Shown: piece after piece, positions 1 through 10,197 of the stretch | Layout: every line of letters begins with the position of its first letter | How positions within the stretch are numbered: position 1 is the stretch's first letter | From: Myxococcota bacterium | GTDB taxonomy: Bacteria > Myxococcota > UBA4151 | NCBI GenBank assembly: GCA_040260805.1 | Contig: JBDQPD010000046.1 | Location: forward strand, 1-25,438 | DNA: 25,438 nucleotides | Direction of reading: 5' to 3' | Notes under the pieces: model-generated | Databases searched by the model: none | The model's input: only the letters and a program-made list of their open reading frames with translations | What the model was told of the DNA's origin: nothing | Made by a program: the position numbers and the translations under genes

Positions 1-1515
1 CAAGAGGCGAGTGCGCTGGACCAAGGTGCGATCGAAGAAGAGGTCGTAGAGCCTGCACCGCCTCCTCCTCCGCCGGCTCCCGAAGCGGCACCTGCCCCCC
101 CGGCTCCGCCTGCACCACCTGCAGCACCGGCAGCACCTCCTGCGCCAGCGGCGAAAACAAAGGTGCCGGCTAAGGCTAAATCGAAAGCCAAACCTGAGCC
201 TTTAGCCGAAGCTGAGCCAGATCCGATTGATGATGAGGCGGTCAATGTTGAAGCGCGGTTGCGCCAGGAGCTCCATGATCGTTTGATTCGTGTCCTGGAT
301 CTTCGCACGCTTGAGATGGAAGAACTCGAAGAAGAGGCTCTGCGCGAACGCAGCCGCGACGCAATCGTAGCGATCATTGACGAGATGGATGCGGCAGGTG
401 AGTGGGATGAAACACTCGATCGTGACCGTATCGTCCGCGATGTTCTTGATGAAGTGCATGGTCTAGGGCCGCTTGAGGAGTTCTTAGCGGACGACAGCGT
501 GACGGAGGTGATGGTTAATCACCCCAGACAGATCTATGTTGAACGCAACGGTCGCCTCGAGCGCGCCAATCGTATCTTCTCATCCGACCGCGCCGTGTTG
601 CAGGCGATCGAGAGGATCGTGGCACCTTTAGGTCGACGTATCGATCAGAGCTCGCCGATGGTGGATGCTCGATTGCAAGACGGCTCTCGTGTCAACGCCA
701 TCATCCCGCCGCTCGCCATCCGCGGACCGAGCATTACGATCCGTAAGTTCGCCAAAGAGCGGATGACCATCGAGGATCTCATTCGTTTGGGTACCCTCAG
801 CAAAGAGATGGCTGAGTTTCTTCGGCAAGCCGTTATCAACCGCCGCAATGTGGTGATCTCTGGTGGGACGGGGTCGGGTAAAACGACGACGCTGAATATT
901 CTCTCAAGTTACATCCCCTCGAGCGAGCGGATCGTGACCATCGAAGACGCTGCCGAGCTGCAGCTGCCTCAAGATCATGTGGTCTCGCTCGAGTCACGAC
1001 CGCCCAACCTAGAGGGTAAAGGCGCCATCGCCATTCGAGATTTGGTGAAGAACTCCTTGCGTATGCGCCCCGACCGGATTGTCGTTGGTGAGTGCCGCGG
1101 CGGTGAAACGCTCGACATGCTCCAAGCCATGAACACCGGACATGATGGTTCGCTAACGACCCTTCACGCCAACGCTCCACGCGACGCCTTGTCTCGCTTA
1201 GAGACGATGGTTTTGATGTCCGGTATGGAGCTTCCTGTTCGAGCGATCCGAGAGCAGGTGAGCTCAGCGGTTGATATCATCGTTCAGCAGTCACGACTCA
1301 GTGACGGTAGCCGTCGGGTGACGCACATCTCTGAAGTGCTCGGGATGGAAGTGGACATCATCACGCTCGCTGACATCTTTGTGTTCAAGCAGAGCGGAAT
1401 TGCGAAAGATGGAACGGTTCAAGGAGCGCTCAAGCCAACCGGTTTGGTGCCGCGATTTTATCAGGAGCTTAAAGACCGTGGCTTACCGGTCGATATGTCC
1501 ATCTTCGGTGACTAG
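1..1515 (+). CDS. cpaF: Tad/Flp pilus assembly ATPase (CpaF/TadA family), 5'-truncated by the window edge; Pro/Ala-rich linker precedes the ATPase domain
   Basis: Walker [11 protein letters not shown], Asp box TIEDAAE, Walker [15 protein letters not shown], His box [15 protein letters not shown] and the typical [16 protein letters not shown] segment. Frame 1 is open from base 1 ([34 protein letters not shown]...), so the track's start at 163 is internal. Confidence 0.95.
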   Translation, partial: QEASALDQGAIEEEVVEPAPPPPPPAPEAAPAPPAPPAPPAAPAAPPAPAAKTKVPAKAKSKAKPEPLAEAEPDPIDDEAVNVEARLRQELHDRLIRVLDLRTLEMEELEEEALRERSRDAIVAIIDEMDAAGEWDETLDRDRIVRDVLDEVHGLGPLEEFLADDSVTEVMVNHPRQIYVERNGRLERANRIFSSDRAVLQAIERIVAPLGRRIDQSSPMVDARLQDGSRVNAIIPPLAIRGPSITIRKFAKERMTIEDLIRLGTLSKEMAEFLRQAVINRRNVVISGGTGSGKTTTLNILSSYIPSSERIVTIEDAAELQLPQDHVVSLESRPPNLEGKGAIAIRDLVKNSLRMRPDRIVVGECRGGETLDMLQAMNTGHDGSLTTLHANAPRDALSRLETMVLMSGMELPVRAIREQVSSAVDIIVQQSRLSDGSRRVTHISEVLGMEVDIITLADIFVFKQSGIAKDGTVQGALKPTGLVPRFYQELKDRGLPVDMSIFGD

Positions 1516-1528
1516 GGACGCTTAGAGC

Positions 1529-3406
1529 ATGTGGGTTCTTGTCCTCACCAATCCCGCCGGTAAAACCCGGCAGATCCCTTTTGAGGGGGACCAGTTGGTG
1601 CTGGGGCGCTCGCGGTCTGCCGATGTGACCGTCGAAGATCCGCGCATGAGCCGTATGCATCTGCGCTTTGCGCGAGGGCCCAAAGGCAGCTTGACGGTCG
1701 AAGACCTCGGCGCTGCAAACGGTGTCTATGTTCAAGGTCAGCGCATCGGAGCAGCTCCCCAAGCGGTCTCGGTGGGTGATCAGATACAATTTGGCGACTG
1801 TCGCGTCGTCGTCGCTGCGCCGGTTTCTGCCTATGCGCCTGGGTTGAGCCAAGCGTCTTTACCGGCGGTTGCTGCGAGCGCAGGCTCGGGGGCTTTGGTC
1901 CCTTGGGTTTTGTTCACGCCCTCAGATGGCCGGAGTCATGTGATCGCTGGCCCGACGGTTGTCGGTCGAAGTTTGGGCGCTGATGTATCTCTTGATCACC
2001 CCTCAGTGAGTCGGCGTCATGCCATGCTCGCACCGCTCCCTAATGGGCAGCTGCGTGTCGAAGATGCAGGCGGCACGAACGGTACTTTTGTCGAGGGTGA
2101 ACGAGTCGACAGCGAGCAGATGATCAAGGTGGAATCATCGATCGTCTTTGGTGAGTTTGTGGGGGTGCTCAAACCGCAACAGCCGATGCGTCGATTGCCG
2201 ATTCGTTTACCGAAGATGAACCGCGACTTAGGCCAAAAGCTGATGGTGGGTTTACTCGCTTTCTTAGGCCTTTTGTTGCTGATCAAAGGGCCGAAGGCGC
2301 CCAAACGTATGGCATGGGAAGACCGTCGAGTGACGGTCGAAAGCTCGTTGAGCGAAGCGCGCGCACTTCAGACAAGCGGGGCTTGGCAGGAGGCGGTGCC
2401 TGTAGTCGGCACGGCATTGGCTGCTGACCCCCTCAACCAAGAAGCTCGCCAACTCAAGCTCCAGCTGGAACGCGAGATCAAGGCTCAGCGCGAGTTTATC
2501 GAGGGAATAGCTGCCTTTGATACCGGGGATTATGATCGCGCGCTCAACAGCTTTAGCGCTATTCCTGTGGGCACCAAACATTATCCAGAATCTCAAGAGA
2601 AGCGTGCAACTGCGCAGGATCGTCTGCTGAATCAATACCGCGAGCGAGCAGAGCGAGCCTGCCGAGGCTCGCGATGGAAGACCTGCCAAAGTGAAGCGTG
2701 CACTTATCTCGCTTATGATCATTCGGAGGCCTTAGTTCGCCTGCTCGCCAGCGCTGAGAGCAACCTCGCTCGTCGGGCTGGTTTTCAGCGCTGTAATACC
2801 CTCAAAGCGCGCAGCGAAGATGACCCCAAGGTGCGCAAGCGCAAAGAGGCGCTGACTCGAATCTATCCCGACGCTCGCCTGCGTCAAGCCATGGAGCATT
2901 ACGCCTCTGGTCGTCTAAGCCAAGCCTCGCGCGAGCTGAGCAACGTGCTGGTCGATTCGCGGCGGCGAAGTCTGCAAGGTCAAGCCTCAAGCCTGCGTCA
3001 TGACGTCCAGCGCGTGGAAGGTTACATCAAGCGGATTCGAGAGATCGAGCGCTCGGGTGACTTGATGATGGCGCTCCGTCAGTGGGGCTTGATTCGAAAG
3101 GTCGATAAGGAGCTGCTGCAGGGTCAGGTCGTGAGTGAGGTTTTGATCGATACTCGAGCCATACTGACCACGTTTTTGATCAAGCGCTCCGCTCAACGAC
3201 TCGACCAAAAGCGATTTAAAGAGTCGCTGTCGGACTTAACCACTGCGTGGCGCGTCGACCCGCGGAATGTGGGCGTGAGCAGCGCGGTGGAGAAGTTGGC
3301 TGCCGAAGCACCCGATGAGGTCGCAAAAATGGCGCTCAGTCTTCTGGCGCGCAAGCCTGCAGCCGCTCGAGAAAATAGCCCAAATCCAGGTTCGCCGAGC
3401 CCATAA
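1529..3406 (+). CDS. Tandem FHA-domain membrane protein with C-terminal TPR-like helical region
   Basis: Two FHA signatures: LGRSRSADV..SRMH..EDLGAANG and VGRSLGADV..SRRH..EDAGGTNG. One hydrophobic segment (LMVGLLAFLGLLLLI) is followed by TPR-like helices (ALAADPLNQEA, AWRVDPRN). The ATG is 13 nt after the cpaF stop. Confidence 0.88.
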   Translation: MWVLVLTNPAGKTRQIPFEGDQLVLGRSRSADVTVEDPRMSRMHLRFARGPKGSLTVEDLGAANGVYVQGQRIGAAPQAVSVGDQIQFGDCRVVVAAPVSAYAPGLSQASLPAVAASAGSGALVPWVLFTPSDGRSHVIAGPTVVGRSLGADVSLDHPSVSRRHAMLAPLPNGQLRVEDAGGTNGTFVEGERVDSEQMIKVESSIVFGEFVGVLKPQQPMRRLPIRLPKMNRDLGQKLMVGLLAFLGLLLLIKGPKAPKRMAWEDRRVTVESSLSEARALQTSGAWQEAVPVVGTALAADPLNQEARQLKLQLEREIKAQREFIEGIAAFDTGDYDRALNSFSAIPVGTKHYPESQEKRATAQDRLLNQYRERAERACRGSRWKTCQSEACTYLAYDHSEALVRLLASAESNLARRAGFQRCNTLKARSEDDPKVRKRKEALTRIYPDARLRQAMEHYASGRLSQASRELSNVLVDSRRRSLQGQASSLRHDVQRVEGYIKRIREIERSGDLMMALRQWGLIRKVDKELLQGQVVSEVLIDTRAILTTFLIKRSAQRLDQKRFKESLSDLTTAWRVDPRNVGVSSAVEKLAAEAPDEVAKMALSLLARKPAAARENSPNPGSPSP

Positions 3407-3938
3407 AGCACAAAGACGCAAAGGGTAGGTGCCGCAGCGCAGCTTCATCCTCTGGAGTCAAACCCGATATGACGTTAACTCTTTTGGGGTAACAGCGGGA
3501 TAGATGGATCACTTCGTCGTGGTCTAGCGTGCCTTGAGCTGACGCTTTGCTGATGCTCTTCGCCCACGGCGACAAGAGGATCTGATCAGCCGGCTCGTCT
3601 TCGAGTAGGCGCCGACCTGTAGCGACGCAATGACAACTAAAGATTCGTCGCTCTGCGTGAGCTGAGCTCTTATCACGCAGGTGCTGATCGTCAGGAACAT
3701 GAATCCACTCGCCGGGTGCTGACGCCGAGTGATGACTCAAGCTCCAGCGCAGCTCGATCGGGTGTTCGGTGGCGAGGGCGCGCAGCTGCGCCAACGGTAG
3801 ATCGCTGGTCCTGAGCTGCTTATCACGAACCCAGATGATGAGGGGGCGAAAGGGTTCGGGGAACGACTGAAGACCCTCTGAGAGATCATCAAGCCACCGT
3901 GGGTGGTGTTTAAAGTCAGTGACGAGTGTCGGCTTCAT
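3336..3938 (-). CDS. Divergent thiamine-phosphate synthase-fold protein (ThiE/TenI-like)
   Basis: Motifs occur in ThiE/TenI order: LVTD, VRDK (cf. QLREK), IHVP (cf. GVHL), FSCH, ADQILLSPW..SISK (cf. ADY..SP.F.T.SK), ISGLTPED (cf. ALGGITPEN), FMGS. Length is 200 aa and thiC is nearby. It overlaps the convergent FHA gene by 71 bp. Confidence 0.7.
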   Translation of the reverse strand: MKPTLVTDFKHHPRWLDDLSEGLQSFPEPFRPLIIWVRDKQLRTSDLPLAQLRALATEHPIELRWSLSHHSASAPGEWIHVPDDQHLRDKSSAHAERRIFSCHCVATGRRLLEDEPADQILLSPWAKSISKASAQGTLDHDEVIHLSRCYPKRVNVISGLTPEDEAALRHLPFASLCFMGSANLDLGYFLERLQACAPED

Positions 3939-3986
3939 CTTGGCAGAACCTTGTCTCAGGACTTAGGCTTGGGCAAGGAGACGACT

Positions 3987-4829
3987 ATGTCGCTGTTTCT
4001 ATCGATCCTTGTCGTTGCTGCACCGGAAGCATCGACGATCAGTGCTATTGAGGGGGGTCGACTCGCTGAAGCTGAGCAGGCGCTGCTTGCGAAGCGCGAG
4101 CGCGGGCAGTGGGATCTCGACGATCAAATTACGTTGGCAGCAGTGTGTTTGGGTAAAGGCGACCTGGCTTGCGCTGAGTTCCTGTACAACGAGACGCTTC
4201 AGCCTTCGCCTCGCACGGCGCTTGCCTATTTTGGCTTGGCTGAGATCGCTCGTGTGCGCGGTGACCTCAAACGAGCTCAGTCGTACTACCAGGCCTACCT
4301 AGGCTCAAAGCTTCCGGGGCGCAGCGGTGGCTACGATGCGATCGCTCAGAGCCGGCTTGAGGCAGCCTCTGGGGTTCCGAGTATGGGCATGAAGTCGAGT
4401 TATCGGGTTCAGTCTAGACCGCCCACATTTGCGGAGCTGTCCTGGACCGCCTCTCGCTATGCTGGCTTGGCGCTCTTCCCAGCGCTGCTCGCTGGTGCGC
4501 TGACGGGCTCACTGGTGGATGATCAAACCAACAACGGTATGCTGGCTGTCTTTTCTGCGATTGGGGTGGGTGGAGCCGTCTTTGGCGGCGGTGTCTCATG
4601 GGGAATCGGCCGGCAGGCGCGCATCCGAGGATACCAAGGGTCATTTTTGAAGACCGCAGCCGCTGCGGTGATCGCACCGGTATCACTCTTTGTCGGTGGT
4701 ATGATGGTGGTCAGCAGTGGAGATGGCGATGAAGACACGATCATGCCGCTGGTTACCGTTGGCGCGATCGGGGCGTCGACCTTTGTACCGGTTTACGTCT
4801 TCATGCAGGACATGGTCCCCATCCCATAA
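3987..4829 (+). CDS. Hypothetical exported/membrane protein: N-terminal TPR-like helices and a Gly-rich hydrophobic C-terminal half
   Basis: The ATG at 3987 follows AAGGAG (3975-3980) and is preferred over the track's 3903 start. Hydrophobic N-terminus MSLFLSILVVAA, TPR-like ALAYFGLAEIARVRGDLKRAQSYYQAYL, and about four hydrophobic Gly/Ala-rich segments at the C-terminus. Confidence 0.65.
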   Translation: MSLFLSILVVAAPEASTISAIEGGRLAEAEQALLAKRERGQWDLDDQITLAAVCLGKGDLACAEFLYNETLQPSPRTALAYFGLAEIARVRGDLKRAQSYYQAYLGSKLPGRSGGYDAIAQSRLEAASGVPSMGMKSSYRVQSRPPTFAELSWTASRYAGLALFPALLAGALTGSLVDDQTNNGMLAVFSAIGVGGAVFGGGVSWGIGRQARIRGYQGSFLKTAAAAVIAPVSLFVGGMMVVSSGDGDEDTIMPLVTVGAIGASTFVPVYVFMQDMVPIP

Positions 4830-4910
4830 GCCGTTTATTCGGTCTCAAACCTAGACTTAGGTGTGACTCGGCCCTTCCCTTTGTGTTCAAATCTTGGTTT
4901 GGAGGACGGA

Positions 4911-6925
<2,015 letters not shown>

Positions 6926-6995
6926 CTCACTGGTTATCAATACTAGCGGAGTGTGAGTTGTCTGCTATACACTGATCACGCTTTGGGGAGGGTAG

Positions 6996-7889
6996 ATGGT
7001 ACGGCTAGGATCGGCGCTATTGTGCCTGAGTATGATTGCGTGTGGACCACCGACGCCAACAGGCGGTGGCGGGTCGGCGCGCACGCGCTGCGACACCAAC
7101 GACGACTGTCGCGCTGATTTTGATTGCGATGATGGACGCTGTGTTCGTCGCACCGGTAGCCCAGCAGTAGACGCTGGCGTCGCGCCGAGCGATGCGGGCA
7201 TGATGACCGACGCGTCGATTATCGAGCCGGAGACGGATGCAGGTGAGGTGCAACCAGCGGATTGCGGTAATGGCGTCCTCGATGGCGAAGAGCTTTGCGA
7301 CGACGGCAACCGCGACAACACCGACGGCTGCCTCAATTCCTGCGTCCCCGCTAGCTGCGGCGATGGAGTGATTCGAGTTGGCGTTGAGCAGTGTGACGAC
7401 GGCAACCTAGCGAGCGGCGATGGCTGCTCGGCTGATTGCATGACCGAAGAGGTCGAGCCGGTTTGTGGAAACGGTGTCGTAGAAGCAGGCGAGCAATGCG
7501 ACGACGGTAATCGCTCAAATGGCGATGGTTGTGATTCGGAGTGCCAGACCGAGACGCCTCAAGATCAGGACCACGGTGACACGCCTGAAGAGGCGATGCG
7601 GATTACCGTGCCGGCTTCGGTCGAAGCGTCACTGTTTAGCGGCACCGATCGAGATTATTTCCGATTCTTTGCCACTGGAACCGGGGTCTACATGATCGAG
7701 ACGACGGGCAGCACGGATACGGTCTGTTCGGTCCTGTTTAACGGGAACCCACTGGCAACCGATGATGACTCGGGTGTGGTCAACAACTGCGCAATACAGC
7801 AACGCCTCGACGCCGGTCGCACGTATCATATCCGTGTATCGGGCTCCGGCGGGGCGACCGGTGCCTATGTCTTACAGGTCAACCGCTAA
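6996..7889 (+). CDS. Lipoprotein with myxobacterial Cys-rich repeats (DUF4215/Myxo_disulf_rpt-like) and a C-terminal PPC-like domain
   Basis: RBS GGAGGG; signal peptide ending MIA-C. One 4-Cys module (CDTNDDCRADFDCDDGRC), a DAG linker, and three CG[ND]G....E.CDDGN....DGC...C repeats. The C-terminus DHGDT..DRDYFRF..IETTGSTDT..DDDSG..TYHIRV..GAYVLQV is PPC-like. No catalytic domain is visible. Confidence 0.85.
   Translation: MVRLGSALLCLSMIACGPPTPTGGGGSARTRCDTNDDCRADFDCDDGRCVRRTGSPAVDAGVAPSDAGMMTDASIIEPETDAGEVQPADCGNGVLDGEELCDDGNRDNTDGCLNSCVPASCGDGVIRVGVEQCDDGNLASGDGCSADCMTEEVEPVCGNGVVEAGEQCDDGNRSNGDGCDSECQTETPQDQDHGDTPEEAMRITVPASVEASLFSGTDRDYFRFFATGTGVYMIETTGSTDTVCSVLFNGNPLATDDDSGVVNNCAIQQRLDAGRTYHIRVSGSGGATGAYVLQVNR
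7263..7544 (+). repeat. Three intragenic Cys-rich repeats (CG[ND]G..E.CDDGN..DGC..C)
   Basis: CGNGVLDGEELCDDGNRDNTDGCLNSC / CGDGVIRVGVEQCDDGNLASGDGCSADC / CGNGVVEAGEQCDDGNRSNGDGCDSEC. Confidence 0.9.
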
Positions 7890-7896
7890 GCGCTTG

Positions 7897-10194
7897 TCAG
7901 TGGGCTCGTACCGTCACGGTTTTGCGTGTTGAGCGCCCCGTAGAGTCGCTGACTACAATCGTATGTTCGCCCAGGCTGGGCTGCCACCATAAGGGCTCAT
8001 TCGCCGTTTTACTGCCCAAGAACTTGCCGTTGATAAACCAGCTCAACTCAGCGCCTTCCTCGGCTTCGGCTTGAAGCGCAATCTCCTGCTCTTTGGTGTC
8101 CATACCGGGGATTAAGATGAGCGTTTTCTGCGACGGCGAGACCACCCTTAATCGGCTGCGCTGTCCGGTTTGGCAGTCGGCGGAGAGGGTATAAACCTGA
8201 GGCAGCATGAGGTGAGTAAAGGCTCGGGTTTGCGAAGGTAAAATCAAGACGGACTTCTCGACGGCTCCCTTTGGAGCGCAGGCTTTGGGGTAGGCTTCTT
8301 GCCCCCCATCAGCGACGTAAAGTTTCCGGTGATAGGGGCATTCGGCGATCGCTATGCTCTGACGAGGTGCGTCAATCGTTTGCGTCTCATCGCAGCCCGC
8401 GCCAGGCAAGAACCCAGAAAAGGCACAGACTCGAGTCTTCATCATTCCCGCAGGCGCTTGATCCTCCAAGCGATCCGAATCTTGGTGTCCGAGGGCGTCG
8501 AAGGCGTCAAAGAGCAGCGGGCCTGCGATCGGAGCTCCCACCAGATAACGGCTGGGGTTTCGGTTCAGGTTCCCCAACCATACTGCGACCGTATATTGCT
8601 CATCTGAGCCGACTGACCAGGCGTCTCGAAAACCAAAACTTGTCCCTGTCTTCCAGTGGATTTGGGGCGCCATTCCATAGAGCCGCGCTCGGATCGGGAA
8701 GTCGGGGCGATCACGCGTTTTGAGCACCTGTCGAAGGCGCCAAGCCGCTTCGGCGGTGACCATTTTGATTCCATCACTCGCAGGATCATCAGCAAAACGA
8801 CGCAGGGTCCTAAGCCGCCCGTCGCCGGCTAACCCTGCGTACATCTCTGCCAGCTCGACCAAGGTGATCGGGACCGTCCCTAGGGCAGCAGCGAGGCCGT
8901 AAAACTCGGGCTTCGGGTTGACGTGTTGCAGGCCTAAATTCCTGAGCAGACCAATGAACTGCTCGATCCCAAGGCGCGAGAGCAGCCGCACAAAGGGGAC
9001 GTTCAGGGATTGAGTTAGCGCTTCATCAAGCCTGACCAGTCCCTGGAACGTGCCGCTAAAGTTTTGTGGTCGATAGCTTCCGTAGTGGGTGGGAAGATCT
9101 TGGACCAGATGCTCAGGACTCGCGATCCCCTCGTCGATGGCGAGTCCCAGTAAAATAGGCTTAAGCGTTGAGGCGGCGTGGCGTGGTCGATCAAAAGCTG
9201 GAATCTGTGCGCCGTCGTGGTCAGCGAAGAAGTCAGCGCCGCCAATCAGCGCTTTGATTTGCTGCGTTTGATGATCCACGACGACGATCGCGCCATTTTG
9301 GATGTCGAGCTTGGCTCGCTCGGAGGCGTTGCGATCAAAGACCTCTTGCGCAAGCCTTTGCGCCGATGCGTCTAGCGTGCTGTGAATCTCTGTTTTGAAC
9401 GGGCGTTGAGCGCGTAACCAACGGGCAGCGTGAGGGAGCGAGCGAGGCATGGCTCGGCGGAACTCGGGTACGGGTTCAGCCAGGCTCTCTTCGAGCTTAC
9501 TTTGATCGATCAGTTCACCTTGGCGCATGCGTCGCAAAATCGTGTCGCGAGCCGACCGCAACCGGGTCCCATTAATGAGACTAGGGGCGCGAGCGCCAGG
9601 CCGCTGCGGAACGGCGAGTAAGGTCGCGATCTCGGCAGCATCTAAGGTCGCCGCTGAATGGTTAAAATAGGCATAGCTTGCGCCATGCACCCCTTCGAGG
9701 TTGCCGCCAAAGGGTAAGAATCGAAGATAGTTTGCGAGCACCTCTTGGCGCCCTAGCCTGAGGTGCAGTTGCAGCGCCCGCCAGGCTTCAATGATTTTAC
9801 TGCTCAGTCGCCTAGGACGGGGCTCCAGCAAGCGGGCGAGCTGCATGGTTAGCGTCGAAGCACCTGAAACGATGCGCCCGCTCGACCAGTTGGTCATGGC
9901 TGCGCGGACGATGGCGATCGGGTCGACCCCGAAGTGGCTCTCGAACCGTTCGTCTTCAATAAAAAATAGAGCTTGAAGATACTCTGGATCCAGACGCGAA
10001 GGATCGCCCGCTAATCGCCAGCGCTCATCGGGTGATAAGAAGGTGTGGGCGAGGGAGCGATCACTCCAGAGCACGGTTTGACTGTCCGCATGAACCAAGC
10101 GTTCGGGCAGCGGGATCCACCAAAAGCTGCTGATCAACACCAGCGTGATGACGCTGCAAAGCGCAAGGAAAAGGCGGAGCTTAGGTCGTTTCAT
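7897..10194 (-). CDS. pbpC: Penicillin-binding protein 1C
   Basis: N-terminal TM anchor. Transglycosylase motifs EDERFESHFGVD and GASTLTMQLAR. Transpeptidase motifs STLK, SLN and KTGTSFGFRDAW. PBP1C-type C-terminus (VCAFSGFLPG..C; LSWFINGKFLG..WQPSLGEHTIVVSD). Confidence 0.93.
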   Translation of the reverse strand: MKRPKLRLFLALCSVITLVLISSFWWIPLPERLVHADSQTVLWSDRSLAHTFLSPDERWRLAGDPSRLDPEYLQALFFIEDERFESHFGVDPIAIVRAAMTNWSSGRIVSGASTLTMQLARLLEPRPRRLSSKIIEAWRALQLHLRLGRQEVLANYLRFLPFGGNLEGVHGASYAYFNHSAATLDAAEIATLLAVPQRPGARAPSLINGTRLRSARDTILRRMRQGELIDQSKLEESLAEPVPEFRRAMPRSLPHAARWLRAQRPFKTEIHSTLDASAQRLAQEVFDRNASERAKLDIQNGAIVVVDHQTQQIKALIGGADFFADHDGAQIPAFDRPRHAASTLKPILLGLAIDEGIASPEHLVQDLPTHYGSYRPQNFSGTFQGLVRLDEALTQSLNVPFVRLLSRLGIEQFIGLLRNLGLQHVNPKPEFYGLAAALGTVPITLVELAEMYAGLAGDGRLRTLRRFADDPASDGIKMVTAEAAWRLRQVLKTRDRPDFPIRARLYGMAPQIHWKTGTSFGFRDAWSVGSDEQYTVAVWLGNLNRNPSRYLVGAPIAGPLLFDAFDALGHQDSDRLEDQAPAGMMKTRVCAFSGFLPGAGCDETQTIDAPRQSIAIAECPYHRKLYVADGGQEAYPKACAPKGAVEKSVLILPSQTRAFTHLMLPQVYTLSADCQTGQRSRLRVVSPSQKTLILIPGMDTKEQEIALQAEAEEGAELSWFINGKFLGSKTANEPLWWQPSLGEHTIVVSDSTGRSTRKTVTVRAH

Positions 10195-10197
10195 GAT

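Noticed and set aside
49..200. Repetitive cct/ccg/gca-rich DNA at the window start
   Set aside because: It is the in-frame Pro/Ala/Lys linker of the CpaF ORF, with no fixed repeat-spacer period, so it is not a CRISPR array or independent repeat element.
3941..3955. Sigma-54-like TGGCAGAACCTTGTC
   Set aside because: Spacing is off by one and the -12 GC is absent, so it does not meet GG-N10-GC.
3903..3986. ORF-track N-terminal extension of the 3987 gene
   Set aside because: It overlaps the start of the divergent ThiE-like gene, and a good RBS and hydrophobic N-terminus begin at ATG 3987.
6926..6995. Possible terminator after thiC (ctcac...gtgag)
   Set aside because: The stem is short and imperfect with a long loop and no U-tract, so it cannot be supported.
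6965..7441. 158-aa antisense ORF with apparent repeats (LPSS..S..TP.PQ)
   Set aside because: It is the reverse-strand shadow of the Cys-rich repeats of the 6996 lipoprotein.
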